DNA of 64,000 bases from Psilocybe cubensis (taxonomy: Eukaryota): contig CM039000.1 of NCBI GenBank assembly GCA_017499595.2, forward strand, positions 2,170,001 through 2,234,000. The letters run 5' to 3'. Below are positions 48,374 through 62,962 of this stretch, one piece after another. Position 1 is the stretch's first letter; every line of letters begins with the position of its first letter. Below the pieces are notes generated by a model that saw only the letters and a list, made by a program, of their open reading frames with translations, was not told where the DNA came from and did no database searches. Both the position numbers and the translations under genes were made by a program.

Positions 48374-51259
48374 CTATCCTTCGTCCATCTGCTCGTCTCC
48401 CTCGTCCTTCACAGTCTCCAGCAGCTTTTTGATCTTGCTGATGCTCTTTGGAGAGATGTCCCGCGCAGCAGCCAGCGTCTGAGCAGACTTGACCACATTC
48501 CCCAGCAGTCGGTATGCCTTGGCCAGCTGGAACACCACATTCGATTCGTCGGGCGTCGTGCTTCGCAGCAGCTCCAGGTCCTCGACCGCCGCCTGCAGCT
48601 CCCCGTCAGCAGACCGTCTCTCCAGGGACACAGAGTCTGAATCCCACTCACTGTGTACTTCCGCATCGAGACATAGATTTTCGCTCTCCGATATCTAACC
48701 AGAGCATTATCAGGTGCTATTCGGATGGCCTCGTTGAATAACGAGAGTGCCGTTTCTCGGTCGCCCCTCCGCTCGACAGCCTGTGGGAAAAAAGAAAAAA
48801 AATTAGCACAGATCGTCATAGCCCAGAAATTTCGCATCCCGGGCCCGTCTCAAAAAGACCGCCTGTCGATGACTCTGTACGCACCATTCCTACACATCCC
48901 AGCAGGACCGCATTCTTTGGGTGTATCTCTGATGCCTTTCGAAAATGGTATTCCGCTAGGCGCACTTTACTCATCCTCAGATAACAAGTTCCCAGGCCGT
49001 ACCTGTGTGATCATATCAAAGATAAGCACTTTCGTCCTAGAAAAGGGTGCGTACCATGCATTATAATGGCGGGCATCTGCACGTAACGCCGACTGGAAGA
49101 AGTTGATAGCCTTATTGAGGTCTTCGTCTATTGACTCATGACCGCTAAGTGTGTACGCGTACGCACAGGTGGGATCAAGCTGGATGGCGCGCCGGAACGA
49201 AGTCAACGCTTGTTGGCGTTCCTTCTGTAGAGAAAATAGGTTTCCGATCGTGATCCAGGCCTGAGGTGACTGTGGGTTGATGTTGAGGAGTTCCTGCGCT
49301 AAGAACGACAGTTCGACGCTTCGCTGCAGGTGCCATAAAAGGGAAGAATACACTTCCAAATCCCACAATCGATAGGGGTCTTCTCTCCGTAGTGTTTTGA
49401 ACGCCCGTTCCGCCTGCAAACAGTTTATGTCAATTGATAACGAATTCCTGATATGAAATACACGCACAGATGAAAAATCCTGTCTCTCATACTGCGCCCT
49501 ACCGACCATCGCTAAAACAGTGCACGAATTCTGGTGTACATGCGGCAGTTGCTCCAGTTCGTCTAGGCATTTTTGGCAATCGTACAGGGCCAGAGCTCGC
49601 GTCGATCGAGCAAAGGATCGGACAAGCTCATATATATAATGTTCAGCTTGCTCGTGTTCATATTCTTCCTGAGCAAGTTGTTCTTGCGCTGAAGTCCAAT
49701 TACTCGGAGAAGGCGAGGCTTCAGACCGTGGTGAAAGTGCGGCAGGTGGTGAGGGTGAATAAGCCACTTCCCCACCAACAGTCAGCCCTTCGTCTTTCTC
49801 AGATTCGGTGTTAGATTGCGTCCGCGAATGCGTGGTCGGTCGTCGTCGGTCGCGTGTAGAGCTCTGCTAAATTTAAACATTGACAAAAAACATTCATGAA
49901 ATTAGTCCATGTCCTTAGTCGGAAGCAAGCTCAAAAGAAAAAGCATTACCTTGGAATGAAGCTGTTTGGGTCCGGTGCCTGTTTGCAAACGGGTACTCCG
50001 TCGTGTAGCGATATGGCCAGTAGCAGGTTGAGCGTTACTCTTCCCTGGCGCAGCATTTGTCCTAGAGGAAGTCGTTGGCTGAGAACGACGACCGGAAGAT
50101 GAGAAGATGTTAGCAAATGACAAGGCCGGGCGTGCGCGTGCCTTTTTCAAGGGATCGTCCAGACTAGACTTGCTCGCTTTTGCTTTGAGGCCTTCAGGTT
50201 GTTGCGTAGTAGATCGCATCCTTTTCTGCACAGGTCCCGCTTCATCTGCTGACGAAAGCGGTCTAGAAACCGCCTGAGCTAGGCTGTTGCTTGTAGGTTG
50301 TGGACGGCTAACTAGGTACGAGTTATCTTCTGGTGAAAAAGGGTAAAATGTATGGCTACACGACCGTAATCAGAGTCAATACGCGTTTGGGATAGACTAA
50401 ACTCACCTCGGCTCTGGAGGTGGAGCCATGCGAAATGGTTGTGGTTGTGAAATGTCCGGTTTCCATTGGCGAAAGAGGTTTCCCCCATTGCCAGTGTCGG
50501 GAGTGAAAAATCCAGCACCTGTCGCCACCGGCGCAGATTTCGGTGGGATGTCCTCTGGTGGCCCCCGTTTTACGGGTGGCGGTCGGGGTGGAAAAAGCTC
50601 ATCAATATCGGGGATGGTGCCTTGTATTTGAACAAAGGATAAATTACAGAACTATCACACAAAGTCATTTCACGCACCGAGAGCACAAAGACCCTCAAAG
50701 GCTTCCCAAAGGTATGGATTGAGAGCTAAAGCGTCCTGAAAGCTACGCGATGCTTTCTCAGGCAAATTACCTTTGAAAGCTGTCGTGCCGGATCGACATC
50801 GTAGGACAGCTTCTTCAGGAAACGAATGTGCGATTCGGCTGCTTGATGACGCTGGAGCGACGTGATATATTAGCGGGCATATCGAGGGGATTGCGGGGGC
50901 ACATTGAACGGACCTGAAGACACGTAGTTTGTATCGCGTAGTGTACACTCCAGTGCTTCACGCGCCTGTCTATGGCGGCCGAGTTTCATGGAGCAGCTAG
51001 CCTTAATCTCTAGACACCCTGTACAGAGTTCGTCATGTGCGCCATTGACAAGATGGAGGGCAGAGTAAGTTTGGCCTTCGCGCAGAAGGGAAGTGGCGTA
51101 GAGATGGCGCGCTTCGTGGTTGGTGCGATCCATGGAGAAATATCTCTCAGCATGAAAGACGGCAGACTTTGTAAGATCTGCGTCGAGACATGACCAAACG
51201 AGAGACTGGAATCGTTGGCGCAGGTGTGGATAGAAGCTTGTGGTTGATTCTGACTGCAT
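48374..51259 (-). CDS. CDC27: Anaphase-promoting complex subunit Cdc27/Apc3
   Basis: AVFHAERY, ALALNPYLWEAFEGLC, TPR region YSSLLWHL, AYAYTLSGHE, RHYNAWYGLG. Confidence 0.95.
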
Positions 51260-51576
51260 GGAGAGCGTATTATTGGATATAGGACATGGAACCTTGCAGA
51301 CGCAAAATGTCGAGACACAGAACCAAGTTCACGCGGCGGGTAGAGCCAGGAGATGGCTGGTTGAGGCTGGCGGCGAAACGCCAGAGAGGAAATACCAAGT
51401 AAGAGTAGAAAGAGACTTTCAAGCCAGCCAATTCAGACTTGACTCTGTTGATCTACAACACGACGACACGTGACGTCTACGCGTCCACATCATGACCATT
51501 ATCACATTCTCATCTCATCAATTCTGCAATCTTCATTAACATCTCTCTACGTGCATAAGCTAGATACAGTGTCACT

Positions 51577-53657
51577 CTAATGGCCGTGAGGGTCGGGGTC
51601 TCCTTTTTGCTCTGCAATTGTACCCATCAGCATCACACGATGGTCGCGGAAATATTTTGTTTACTCACCGGGCACACACTGGATGGCATCATCAATACGG
51701 AGCAGAGAGACAGCTGCCTCATACGCTGATTTCAGACTCTTGACCTTGCTCATCGTAGGCTCCAGGATACCAGCGGCCACATTGTCCCTGACTTTTCCGT
51801 TCAGCAAGTCCAGTCCGTACCGCAAGAGGAACTTCTTAGGGTCGCCAGCAGGCGCATTTTGTGCCGCGTTGTGATATGACCGTAATTTTGCAACCAGTTC
51901 GGTCGAGTCTTGAGCAGCATTAACTGCGAGAGTTTTCGGAATAGAAAGCAAAGCACTAGCAAACTCGGCAATCGCAAGCTGTTCCCTTGACCCCTGTTGC
52001 ATTGCATTCAGTGTGTTGGTTCTGAGATGTAATAATAGTTCCGCACCAAAGTTGTAGCAAAGTTTTCCAAATAGATACTCAACGCCGATTCTACAGCACC
52101 ACCTCCGGGAACCACCGATCCGCTCTCGAGTGTGCGTTTGATAATTGATAGTGTATCATGCAGTGATCGCTCCATCTCGTCAAGCATATAGTCGTTAGCT
52201 CCTCGCAAGATAATCGACGCAGAGTTGACAACTTTCGTTCCCTTGATCAGGATAAGCTCATCGTCTGAAATGCGCTCTTGCACAACTTCATCCGCGGTAC
52301 CAAGATAGCTGGCCTCAAATGTCTCCTCTCCTTCCAAGTTAGCCAGACTGGAGATAAGCTGACCCCCAGTGGCCTTTGCTATCCGGCGAAGATCTTCTTT
52401 CCTGCAACGGCGGACAGCCATGGCACCAGCTTCAACAAATTCTTTTAAGCAAAGGTCATCGATACCCTTAGTGGTCAATACAACGTTGGCCCCAGTAGCC
52501 AGAATTTTGCGGATTCTCTCCAAAGTGATTTCAGATTCTCTGAGACAGCAGATGAATATGGCGATTAGGTTCACAATCCAAATCACAAGCTTACCTCTTG
52601 CGGATTTCCTCCAGTTGCTCGGGATCATCAACCAAGATTTGGACACCTAGTTGCATACGCGCTTTTTGCAAGTTGATATCTAGACATGCAATTTTGGCAT
52701 TTGTGATACGCTTCTTCATGGCTAATTGAATCACATTATCATAAGATTGAGTTGAAGTGCAATGGAAGGAAATGAAAGCACCTTGGCTTGCAACTGTGCA
52801 GTTGAGGGCATATCCCTTCACAAAAATGGATTCGCGAGCGCTCCTTCCATGTGCTTTGAGCACATTGACAGCTTTGACGGGATATTTGATATCACCTCGC
52901 AAGTTGATCGACTTGACCGCCTGCATAGCATCGACAGCCATAGGCGCAAATAGATCATCATCGCTAGAGTTAGTTGATTAGAAAAGATCGTATAGTGTAA
53001 TGCATTGCCTACACTTACTTTCCGATAATTTTACTCGACATTGACGTCTTGGCGACGTTAATCAAGGCATCCCTACCGAGACTATCCACCGAAATGCTTA
53101 ACTGTTCTTGCATAAATTTCACAGCCTCTTTGCAAGCAAGACGGTACCCAGTAATAATCGTCGTTGGGTGGATTTTAGCTTTGACGAGTTCATTTGCTCG
53201 ACGAAGAAGCTCCGCAGCGACGATGACCACAGACGTCGTCCCATCACCGACTTCCTTGTCCTGCTTTTGTGCGAGATCGACAAAGATTTTTCCAGCAGGG
53301 TGTTCGACTGCTAGAAGTGAAAGGATGGTTGCGCCGTCATTTGAGATCGTCACCTCCTAAGATCGTGTTAAGACGTTGCTGTCAATCAACTAATTTTGAT
53401 TAATAAAAAGCAAAAGATGCGCACTCCAATGTTATCCACCAACATCTTGTCGAGTCCTAGGGGTCCCAGAGAGCTCTTAACGATGTTTGCAATCGATTGA
53501 GCGGCGATGACTGTGAGGCATCCAATATGTCAATGAAATTTATCCCAACATGTTAGACGTTAGAGAGTGCACCATTTTGATCCCGAATATCCTGCCCAGA
53601 GACACGATCGCCTCCTAGAAACCCCCCTGCACGAGGATCTCGTTGATACATAGACAT
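51577..53657 (-). CDS. TCP1: Chaperonin CCT/TRiC subunit alpha
   Basis: [45 protein letters not shown]. Confidence 0.98.
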
Positions 53658-55149
53658 TGTTGTATCACTGGTATGAGAAAGGAAGAGTAGGTTCGGAGAT
53701 TTACTCGAAGAAGTATCAGAACGAACGCGTTCAGAAAGAGAGACGCGTATTTGGTCGCCCCTTCAAAACAGTTTCAAACAGCGCGAGCAAGTCTGACCAA
53801 TTGCATTTCATCAATCCGACATCACTGTCACTTCAACGCTAACGTCCTTAATTTCTTAGACCTCAAATACGATCCTTGGTTGTGCGATTGAGATGATATT
53901 TATAAATATGACAACAGTACAGATCCACGGCTACAGTGTGTTGTTTTGTTAGCTAAAACATGTATGCAAAGAAAAATAAAAACCTGTAGCGATAATGCAT
54001 GTGGATTGAACTGTGTAAATTGAAAAGAAAAAGACAGAACCATAAATAAGTATGTGAGAATTTGGATTTTCAAACCATGAGGAAATATGAAAAAGAATGC
54101 CAAAGGTGAAAAAAAGACGAAATGTGATGAAATGAATCAAAAATTGGAATGAGACAGTTGTATTTTATGTTTCTTAAATGTTACTGAGGTAGAGAGAGTC
54201 CTGTCAGAGCGTCCATTAGCGGAGAGCCCAATGGTGCCAATGAATAGAACCGAGAAAGTGATATAGAAGGCGAGAAAGTGTGAATGCTTATCCGGAAGGC
54301 CCACATAAAAGATGCGGAAAATAGTGAGTATTGATGATGAAAAAAAAATTCAAAAGAGATATAATCTGGAAAGAAGAAAAATACTAAGAGATGAAAATGT
54401 GAGAGGAAAAAGAGTTAAGAAAAACTGAAAGAAATAGGTAATAAATGATGAAACTGGGAGATGGAAGGATGGATACCGTGAGATGAAGAAGAAAAGTCTT
54501 TAGACGAGTCCATGTAACAGTTCAAGGGGTACGTATCGAATGACCGTATGTCATCCTAGAACCGTGGAATGCTGATTGATGGTTGATGAATTGAGAGAAA
54601 AGAAAGGGTGATGATGGATTTGGTGGTATTAACGATATCGAAAGTGTTATTGGTTTATGAGTTTGTGCTGGGTATGTGAATGTTTGTTTTTCCGTTGATA
54701 ACGCTGTACCTGAAAGGAAGATAGATAGCAGGGAAACCAATATGCTTAATGGCTCGACAGCGATGTATGAGACAAGTCGCAGCAGATGACGAAGAAGGCG
54801 AATGCAGGCAGCAATAAAAGTGGTGCATACGCGAGCAAGTCAGGCGATGAGAGTGACAAGACGAGGAACAAGAAACTGTAAATCTCAGAGACCCAGAGAT
54901 AATGAGGAGTAAATGAATGTGGTGAGATGAACGAGAGTCGAGCCATAAGGCATTACTTTGATTCTTCAATGTTGGGTCTTCACGAAATCGTACTGGCGTG
55001 GAAGAGAGATGTTGGATGAATATTGGTAGGAGGAATGGGCAGAATCTTGAAGAGGTTGAGCACAAATACAAAGAGATTCACCAATCAAGGAGAACTCCTG
55101 AAATCATGACTCGTGAGACATAGAAGGGCATAAATGGGCCATGTCATCG

Positions 55150-57548
55150 TCAATAAGGCATCCGAATTGGACCATAGGTCTCAGAGCGGACAATGGATGT
55201 GCGAACGCCTTTCTTTGCTTTGAGCGTAGTCGCCTTAATAGGTGGTGGGCAAGGGCTATCCCCCAGGTCAGTGTCCGTGTCGTCAGCGTCTGCGGTGACA
55301 TTGCCGTCTTCAGCGAGCGTCATTAGTCCAGACCCAGTACCGTTGCCGCCACGGCGACTACGAGCAGCCGTGGCTGCAGCGAAAAGGCTGGGAGGAGCAC
55401 TGGGGGCAGTGTTGCGTTTGGGTTGTTGTTGCTGCTGTTGACCAAAGGAGAGAGACTTGCCGTTGGCATCACCATAGGCGTACGACTTATGGCGGCCGAA
55501 TTTAGCCTTGCGGAATTGGTCGAGATCCTCACGCCGAGAAGTAGCGTGGTTGGGATCGTCCATAGTCACATAGCCGCATGGTTCACACCGGTGAGCAGAA
55601 TCCTTAAAGTACTGGCAATACCCGCCCTCGAGAATATAGACTTCCGGATAATGAATCTTTGGGTACACATGATTGTTCATAGCACGATCCTTAGCACGCA
55701 GATGCTTTGCACTATCCATTGCTTAGTTTAACCGTCTAAATCAATGTGCCAGATGAGGGTACTCACAAAGTGGGCCCTCTTTTGGCACTGAATTCGCAAT
55801 GGAAGACAAGGATGGTTTTCCTTGCCTTATCGCCACTTACGGACGCTTTAGGTTTAGTCAAGCTTGGGCCGAGGAGGAGCTCCTCCACGGCGGCGGTGGT
55901 GTTGATGTTTACTGCTCCAGGAATATGACCACCATTATACTCATAATCGAATCGACAATCTATGATATGGTATGCGATGATATCCTCGTCGTACTTTCCG
56001 TCCAAAAGATCGTTCAGCTATCGAGCAGCTGGATCAGTGGATTTGAGAGCTCCAGGAAAGACAAAAACGAACCGTGTCACATGTAATTCTCATTAAACCG
56101 TCCTCAGTCACTCGGTGGCAAGGAAGAAGTTTTCCATGCGCTTCGTTATCTCCAAAGCCTGGTAATCCAGCGGCCATAAATTTAGCAGAAGGACTTTCGT
56201 TTTGCACCAAGGCAGTCACACCCGTAAGGGGTCTAAAGTCCTCTGTACCATCGCAGCGTCTGATAGTCTTCACCTGCTGCCGTTTTGAGTAGGCCTGAGC
56301 AGGAGACGACATATCCTGGCCTTCAAAAGAAGTTTCATCCTCCTCAAGTTCTGTATAGACAGAAGGTGGGAGGAAAGCAGAGAAGGCACGACGAACAGGC
56401 GCAGAGCCTCTGGGACTGGGATCTTCTTCCGAATCTCGTGAAATCGAAGGGGGGGACTCTAAAGTGGGATACGCTGACTGAGCATGCTGATCATATGGTT
56501 GTACCATGGCAGAAAGTACAGGTCGACGAGGACGCCTGAGGAAGCTTGCTGAGGGTGCACCAAGACCTTGCAGTCCGGGTTTCCCTAGACGAGAGGCTGC
56601 AGCTCCAGCAGCCATTCGTTCTAACTTCGATTCGGAAGGAGAGGACGGCGGTATAGGAGAGGATGATTGATATTTAGGAGCACGAGCAGATTCGGGGGAA
56701 AACGAACGGCGTTTCCTGAGCTCTGGACCAGCAGGCGATTCGAAAGACCGACGAGGAGACATCGTATCGTGAAACAGTTGGTTGAAATCGGTAATTGTTG
56801 GCGCTGCTGACTCTGGCACAGGATCAAAGTCTGCTGGCTCTATGGCAGAATCAGCGATGTAGGATGTATCCACATCCATAGCATCATCCATCGGTGATGA
56901 AGGCTGGCGGAAACCCTGCATTGCGGAAATGTATCAGAGGCTGCCACAAGAGAAAGCAAATAAATTCACCTCTGGTGTAGGAGGCTCTGGGACGCGCGAA
57001 GTAGCGAGCCATTCAAAAGGCAAAGCAGATCTCTGTGTCTTCTTCGTACCCTGAGTCCCGCTGCTTGATTTTGTGGCCTGACCAATGGCAAGCTGTGGGC
57101 TAGACAATAGCTGGCTGTTGCTATTACTGAGGTCGTTTCCAAACAAACGAGCTCCACTTGTGAAGGCGCGTGGCCTGTGACCGCTTGCGGAGAGCCTTGA
57201 GCTGTGTTTAGCAGGAGCGGGAGAAATGTCCATGGGCTCGCAGTCAGATGCAGCCAAAGACTGATGTTCTCTAGGTGGAGAGTTTAGAGATACGTTGGAG
57301 GCAAAGGATACTTCTAGATCTGACGACAGAAATTCGTCGATCTCGTTATTGGTGGCCAAAAACCGTTGACTCTTCTTGCGAGAGGGAGCCAAGGGGGCAC
57401 TGAGGAACTGACCAGAGGGGGAAGCAAGGAAGGCCATGCTGGATTTCTGAGGTGGAGAATGAGATCGTTTCTGCCTCTTGTATGAACGACGTGTGGATGA
57501 TTCTATAAGACGGTCGAGGAAGGGCGTAGACATGGCGGAGGTGGTCAT
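55150..57548 (-). CDS. cdc25: M-phase inducer phosphatase Cdc25
   Basis: IIDCRFDYEYNGGHIPGAVN, HCEFSAKRGP (HCX5R), YPEVYILEGGY. Start codon uncertain. Confidence 0.95.
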
Positions 57549-58303
57549 GGTTGATATTTGAGGGAGGTTAATATACAAAGGCGTTGCAATGGTGATATAC
57601 AGTGGTCCAAGGTCAGGGTGCAGATGGTGATTGTACAATGAAAAGAAGCAGGAGAGAGTCAGATCTGATCAGGATAGAAGATGGTGGAACAGACCACAGT
57701 TAGTATGGCCCTAGGGGAAGCTGGGGCCGCGCCTGAAGTGAATATATGGCAAATCGGCTAGAGAGAACAATGAGAGATAAGTAGTTGCATCATCCAGTAT
57801 GGATATAGAAAGTGGTTGAAGTTGGGCCGGCTCCATTGTCCCCCGCACATGACGAAAGAGGAATCCGGGGCTCCATTGGGCCAAGAAGAAATAGGGCACA
57901 CTGACCTACGGCGTCGGCGACAGAACAATTGTCGGGGGGTGCACGGCTGAAATAAGAGACAAAGAAAGAGAATTGACACGGATGAAGAAATAGAAGCGGG
58001 ACTAGTTCTCACGAAAGATGGCACAGCTGGACGATGGGGCACCGAAAGCAAACCAGGCTTGTAGAGCGCTGTGGGCGCTGTGGGCGATGGCTAAAATACA
58101 GAAAAGAAAAGAGGAAGAAGACAGGGCTGGCCTTCAGGTCTCGCAAGAAAATGAACCGCTTTGTTCGTCCGACGGATTTGTCGCGTCTGTCTCTGAGTCT
58201 CCGCCGTTCTTTTATTTGCATAAAGTTGGTTCATGTTCAACTTGCACGTGACCGCGTCTATCCTTTGTCGAGCCTCGTGTGCTTTCCAATTTCATCTACT
58301 CTA

Positions 58304-59293
58304 CTACATGATATACAAACTCTTGGCCGGCTCGCTCAAGTCAATTTCAGCCCATCTACACAGCTCTGTTATTGCAATTTCACGACAGGTGCTTACAGTC
58401 CCAACTTACGGTGGAAAAACATATGCCAGGTTGTCGTAGTGCACCTCCGGGCATTGCTCAGTGATTGTCTTCATTAACTCGTTGTATACAATCTGCCGAT
58501 TTTCCCATGTCAAATCTCGTTTAGAGGCGACGAACACGCCCACCTTATATCCGTCTTCATTTAGATGCAGTCCGTCTCCCAGAAACTTGCTCAGGCTCTC
58601 CTCGTTCTCGCCCGCTGCGGTCCAGATCGCGTTCCACACATCCACAAACGGAACGTTCTGAGCATTGGCAACCTCTCGCACTGCCTCCGAGTAGGCACGC
58701 GTAATTTCAAACTCGCGGTCCAGCGCCAGCGGCGGATTGCGAGCCGCCAGGTCCGCGCGTCTCGCCAGCGTGTTCACTGGCGGCGGGCTGATCAATATGA
58801 TGCGTGTGTCTGGGGAGTAGCGCGGGGACTCGGGTGATTTCACCATGTCCACCATTTTATTCAAATTGCTTGAGAACTTGGTCAGCGGAACGTGTTGAGG
58901 CGATGGTAAGATGCATGCATCGTTCGCGCCGAACCAAATTGCAAGAACTCGTAGTTTGGGCGCATTTTCGTCAGAGCGCTTTGCGATGCACTGCACGGAG
59001 CGTTATTCCTCCGTCTTTGTTTGATATAGATCGCACGGGTAGTAGAGCGCACCTGCTCAAACACGGGAATGCCCCATTCAGTGTTATATCCCGACAACCC
59101 TCGATTTAGCACGTCCAATTTGCGCGCATAGACATCTAAGCATTGCGTCTGTATATCACTATTTGAGTAGTGTAGTTGTGCACTGCGACGCACGCGAAAG
59201 ACGTTGTCCAAATCCATTGAGGCCTGGCTCCCATGCTCCCTGGGTGATAGAGTCTCCAAACAACATAAATACATCCTGTACGTGAGCAGCCAT
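58304..59293 (-). CDS. IAH1: SGNH/GDSL esterase, isoamyl-acetate hydrolase family
   Basis: FGDSITQ, NRGLSGYNT, WFGANDA, DGLH. Confidence 0.93.
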
Positions 59294-59448
59294 GGTCGAG
59301 GTCGAGCGGGTAACTGCAATATCTCAGATCAATGATTACCCATGAATGTCGATGAGTCGCATTGGCGGTCGTGAACCGGCATTAGCCGCTTATTATCATG
59401 ACATAATTTTCTCGTACTCTTGGTGTTCATCGACATCAACTGCAGTCT

Positions 59449-60631
59449 ATGAGCTCAGACACACGGATTATCCCACTTCGAGTGGTAAACAAAACGGCGT
59501 ATATCTGGGATGTTGATGGTCAGTAAATTCATATCGATTTTTAATTTTGCAAATATATGAAGTGTTTCATTCAGACATCGCCATTGTGCGCTCAAAGCAC
59601 CGCATCTGCGGTATACTTGTCGGTACACTTCCGCATCTCTCCCAACAGAATGTGTTCTTGGGGGTTCCTCTAGTTTTGATGCCGGAAGAGGCTGCACTCT
59701 TAGTCAACATAGGTATACCTACTGTCCTTATCAGGTTTCTCACCGATCGTTTATTTTTTCATCGCGTTTAGGCGCCGCCGTCTTTGTTGACGATCCAAAC
59801 GCCCATCGGAATCCCACCATCCCACAACTAGAAGCATGGTCCGCGGAGCAGAGAGATTTGGCAAGGTCTCAAATTGAGCTAACTGAGACAAAGACAGCAA
59901 AAGAGAGTGCTAATCCCACGCGCGCCATGTCTGAAGACGCGCTTCGAAAACGGAGGGAGCGTGAGGAGCGAAAGAAGGCTAAAGCAGCTGAAGTCGCTGC
60001 ACAGCAAGCTGCTGCTGCCTCTGGATCCGGAGAAACAGAATTGAATCCCTCTTTGCTACTTGGCGCACCATTAATGTCCAAGCCAGAAACTATCCACACA
60101 CCCCCGACAGACCCCCTCACCCCTTCTTCGTCTGAGCTTTCCAAATCTGCCTCTACTCCTTACACCATTGTGATACCCGCATCCGCCGCATCTCAGCCAT
60201 GGTACAACGCTTCGTCATGTACATATAAAACCATTGAATCCGCCAGAGCTGCTGGGGTCTGGGATTTTCCAGCAACACTCTCCGATCGTGCTAGATCTGG
60301 CGTGTTTCATGACCTTTGGAAGCAGGGATATTTCATGGGTGGGGGCATCAAATTTGGGGGCGAGTATCTTGTATACCCAGGTACGTCTGATTGATATAAT
60401 TGTCTTGTAATTTTTTTCTCATAGAAGTTTTTTCAAGGCGACCCATTGCGTTATCACTCTCATTTTTCTGCTTCGGTGGTTGAGTCACCCATAGCTTCTT
60501 TAAGACCTATGGAAATTGTTGCCCATGGTCGGTTAGGTACCGCTACCAAAAAAGCTCATCTCCTGTGTGGATGGGATGACGAAAAACAAGAAGTCTCTTA
60601 TCTTTCCATTGAATGGGCAGGCTTTGGTTAA
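59449..60631 (+). CDS. SEN34: tRNA-splicing endonuclease subunit Sen34
   Basis: [55 protein letters not shown]. Confidence 0.95.
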
Positions 60632-60733
60632 TCTCATACGGAAATTGGATGTAGTTAGTAAGTATCGGATATAATATGGTAAAAATCATATAATAGCAAA
60701 AGATAACAAATGCTCTACTATAAAACAGAGGTA

Positions 60734-62447
60734 TTAATCAAGTTTCGGGCGACTCCCTAGCTTGACACGTCCACTCGTTGGTCTTATACCTTTCGGTGGC
60801 TTCGTAGTTGAAGTTGAAGACGATGATGAAAACGAGGGCGAATTTGTGAACGATTTCATTTCCATCTGCACAGTCCCGTCTTCGGCGATTTCATTGGGAT
60901 CCCTATACGTTTGGCTCTTAGCTGCGCCTTTATGCCTTACTATTGGGCGTCCTCCAATGACGTTTAGGATCTTCACTATAATGTCATTTATCCAGATGAC
61001 GAGGGCAAAGACAGGTATCCGTATAGGCACGAATGGTGAAGGGTGTCTGATGATATCATTGTCCGCTTTGAATGATGTTGCGGGAGGCATGGGGTTATAA
61101 GGGTCTGAAGGAACCGGACGAGCATGCATAGCCATAATGATATACTGACAGCATCGCGCCGCGTGTTAACCATTATTATGAGCGAGAACCTTTTGGTAAC
61201 TTACCACGGGGAACACGAGTGCGAAGATGGCTGCATTTGCCAAACCTGTACCCCAAGTACAAAGTGCAGCAGAAGGCAAACCTACCAATCATTTTGAACC
61301 GGATGGTAAGTTAAACCAAGAGAAACGAAATACGATTCAAGAAACAAACCAAAAGCAAAGTAATATGCCCAACGTTCTTCCAAATGACGAATTCTTTGCG
61401 AAAGTGAAAGTCCTCGGGATATCCACACAAATCTGTGAAGTAATACAAGTGGATTATTTTGATGACTTCTCATTAGGACCCCGAAGACAGACTTACTCAA
61501 AGCAGTAATACCTACAACCATCCCCATCGTCAGTTACCACTACAAATTCATACCAGATAAGAAAAAGCTTACGCATCAACCCAGCAGAGAAAGATGAACC
61601 CGGCTACAGGACCGACGAGAGGTATTCGTTGCAGAGCGAAGGACACAATGACGGATGTGCAGACCATGACTACCCTGTAAGCAGATGTTGCGACAGCCTT
61701 GAGCATACCCGTGTACGAAGTTGGCTGAGTAGCTACCGGTCGTCCGCCGTGCTGCAGCAAATATGTCCGTTTGGCAATAATTGTGCACCACGTTCCCTGT
61801 ATAACAAGAAAAGAAGATCACTCTCCTCTTCATCTAGAGAAAATTCATTTAAAATGCATGAACTTACGTTAAGATATAACGAAATTCCTACAACAGGCAA
61901 GAGCCATAACAGCTGGTAGAACCAGCCTATGTTTCGATGGAACCACTTCTGCTGATCGTGTACCAAGGGCTGCAGTAACAGGTCGAATACATAGATAGAG
62001 ATCAAGGACAGGGAGTTCAGAAGCAGAGATTTGTATACATTCGCGCGTATCTCTGAGTCCCTGCAGTTGGTCCCACAATCATGCAGAGGTTGATCACCAC
62101 AGTTGATATCAGCGCCAATTTTGGCGAGTTGAAAGCATATGTCCATGCGTGTTGTCGGTCGCATGATCACCATAGGAATGATTTAAATAAAAGTGATTTA
62201 GCATTCGGCGGTGAGCGAATGTGTATCGAAATGGGGAGATGTAATATTAAACGCACCCAGCCACAGCTGTCAGAACCGCTCCCCAGCGAAAAGAATCATA
62301 AATCCCCCTCCACGCCCAAGTAAGCTGTAGGAGCACTGAGTCCTGCACAGAGAGAAATGCTGGGTAAGTGGACCGCGACGAGACCCTCGCTGGTTGTCCT
62401 GGGTATTGGAACGACTGTGGTCGGGCTGCATATGGCGCTGCAGACAT
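60734..62447 (-). CDS. EI24 (etoposide-induced 2.4) family membrane protein
   Basis: SLLLNSL, WLLPV..LYLN, YYCFEFVW, RIRHLEERWAYYFAFGLP, IFALVFP.YIIMA. Confidence 0.8.
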
Positions 62448-62962
62448 CAGTGGGATAATGTTGTCTGGTTGGCTGCAGAGAACTGGTAGGCTACGTGGTG
62501 AATGAGGAGAAAGGCTGGAAATGCTAATATTAGAGCGCATGCTGTAGACCCTAACCCTAGATTGGGAGATGTCAAATGACTGGCAGCTCAAACACTTAAA
62601 CTCCTTCATAATTTTAAATTTTCTAGTGTTTTAGATATTCAATCTCGTACGGTAGGGGTACATAATACGAACACCCTATCATTTGACCAGGAAATGCTAC
62701 GCAGAATAGTAAAGTACGGTAGCAGAAGAAAAATGAAGTACATCGTACACCTTGGCTCCAATAAGTTAAGAGTACAAATAAAGAGAAACAGGAAGGAAAG
62801 CAACAGACAAAAGAACTAGTAAGACAAAAAGACCAAAGGCGATAACGGACACAATATCGAGTAGACAGCGGCAAAGGGAGAAGATCACCGGGATGGGATA
62901 GGCGGAATGAAAGATCATGCATTAGATGAAAAAGAGGAAAAAGGAATCCGGAGTCAAAATAT

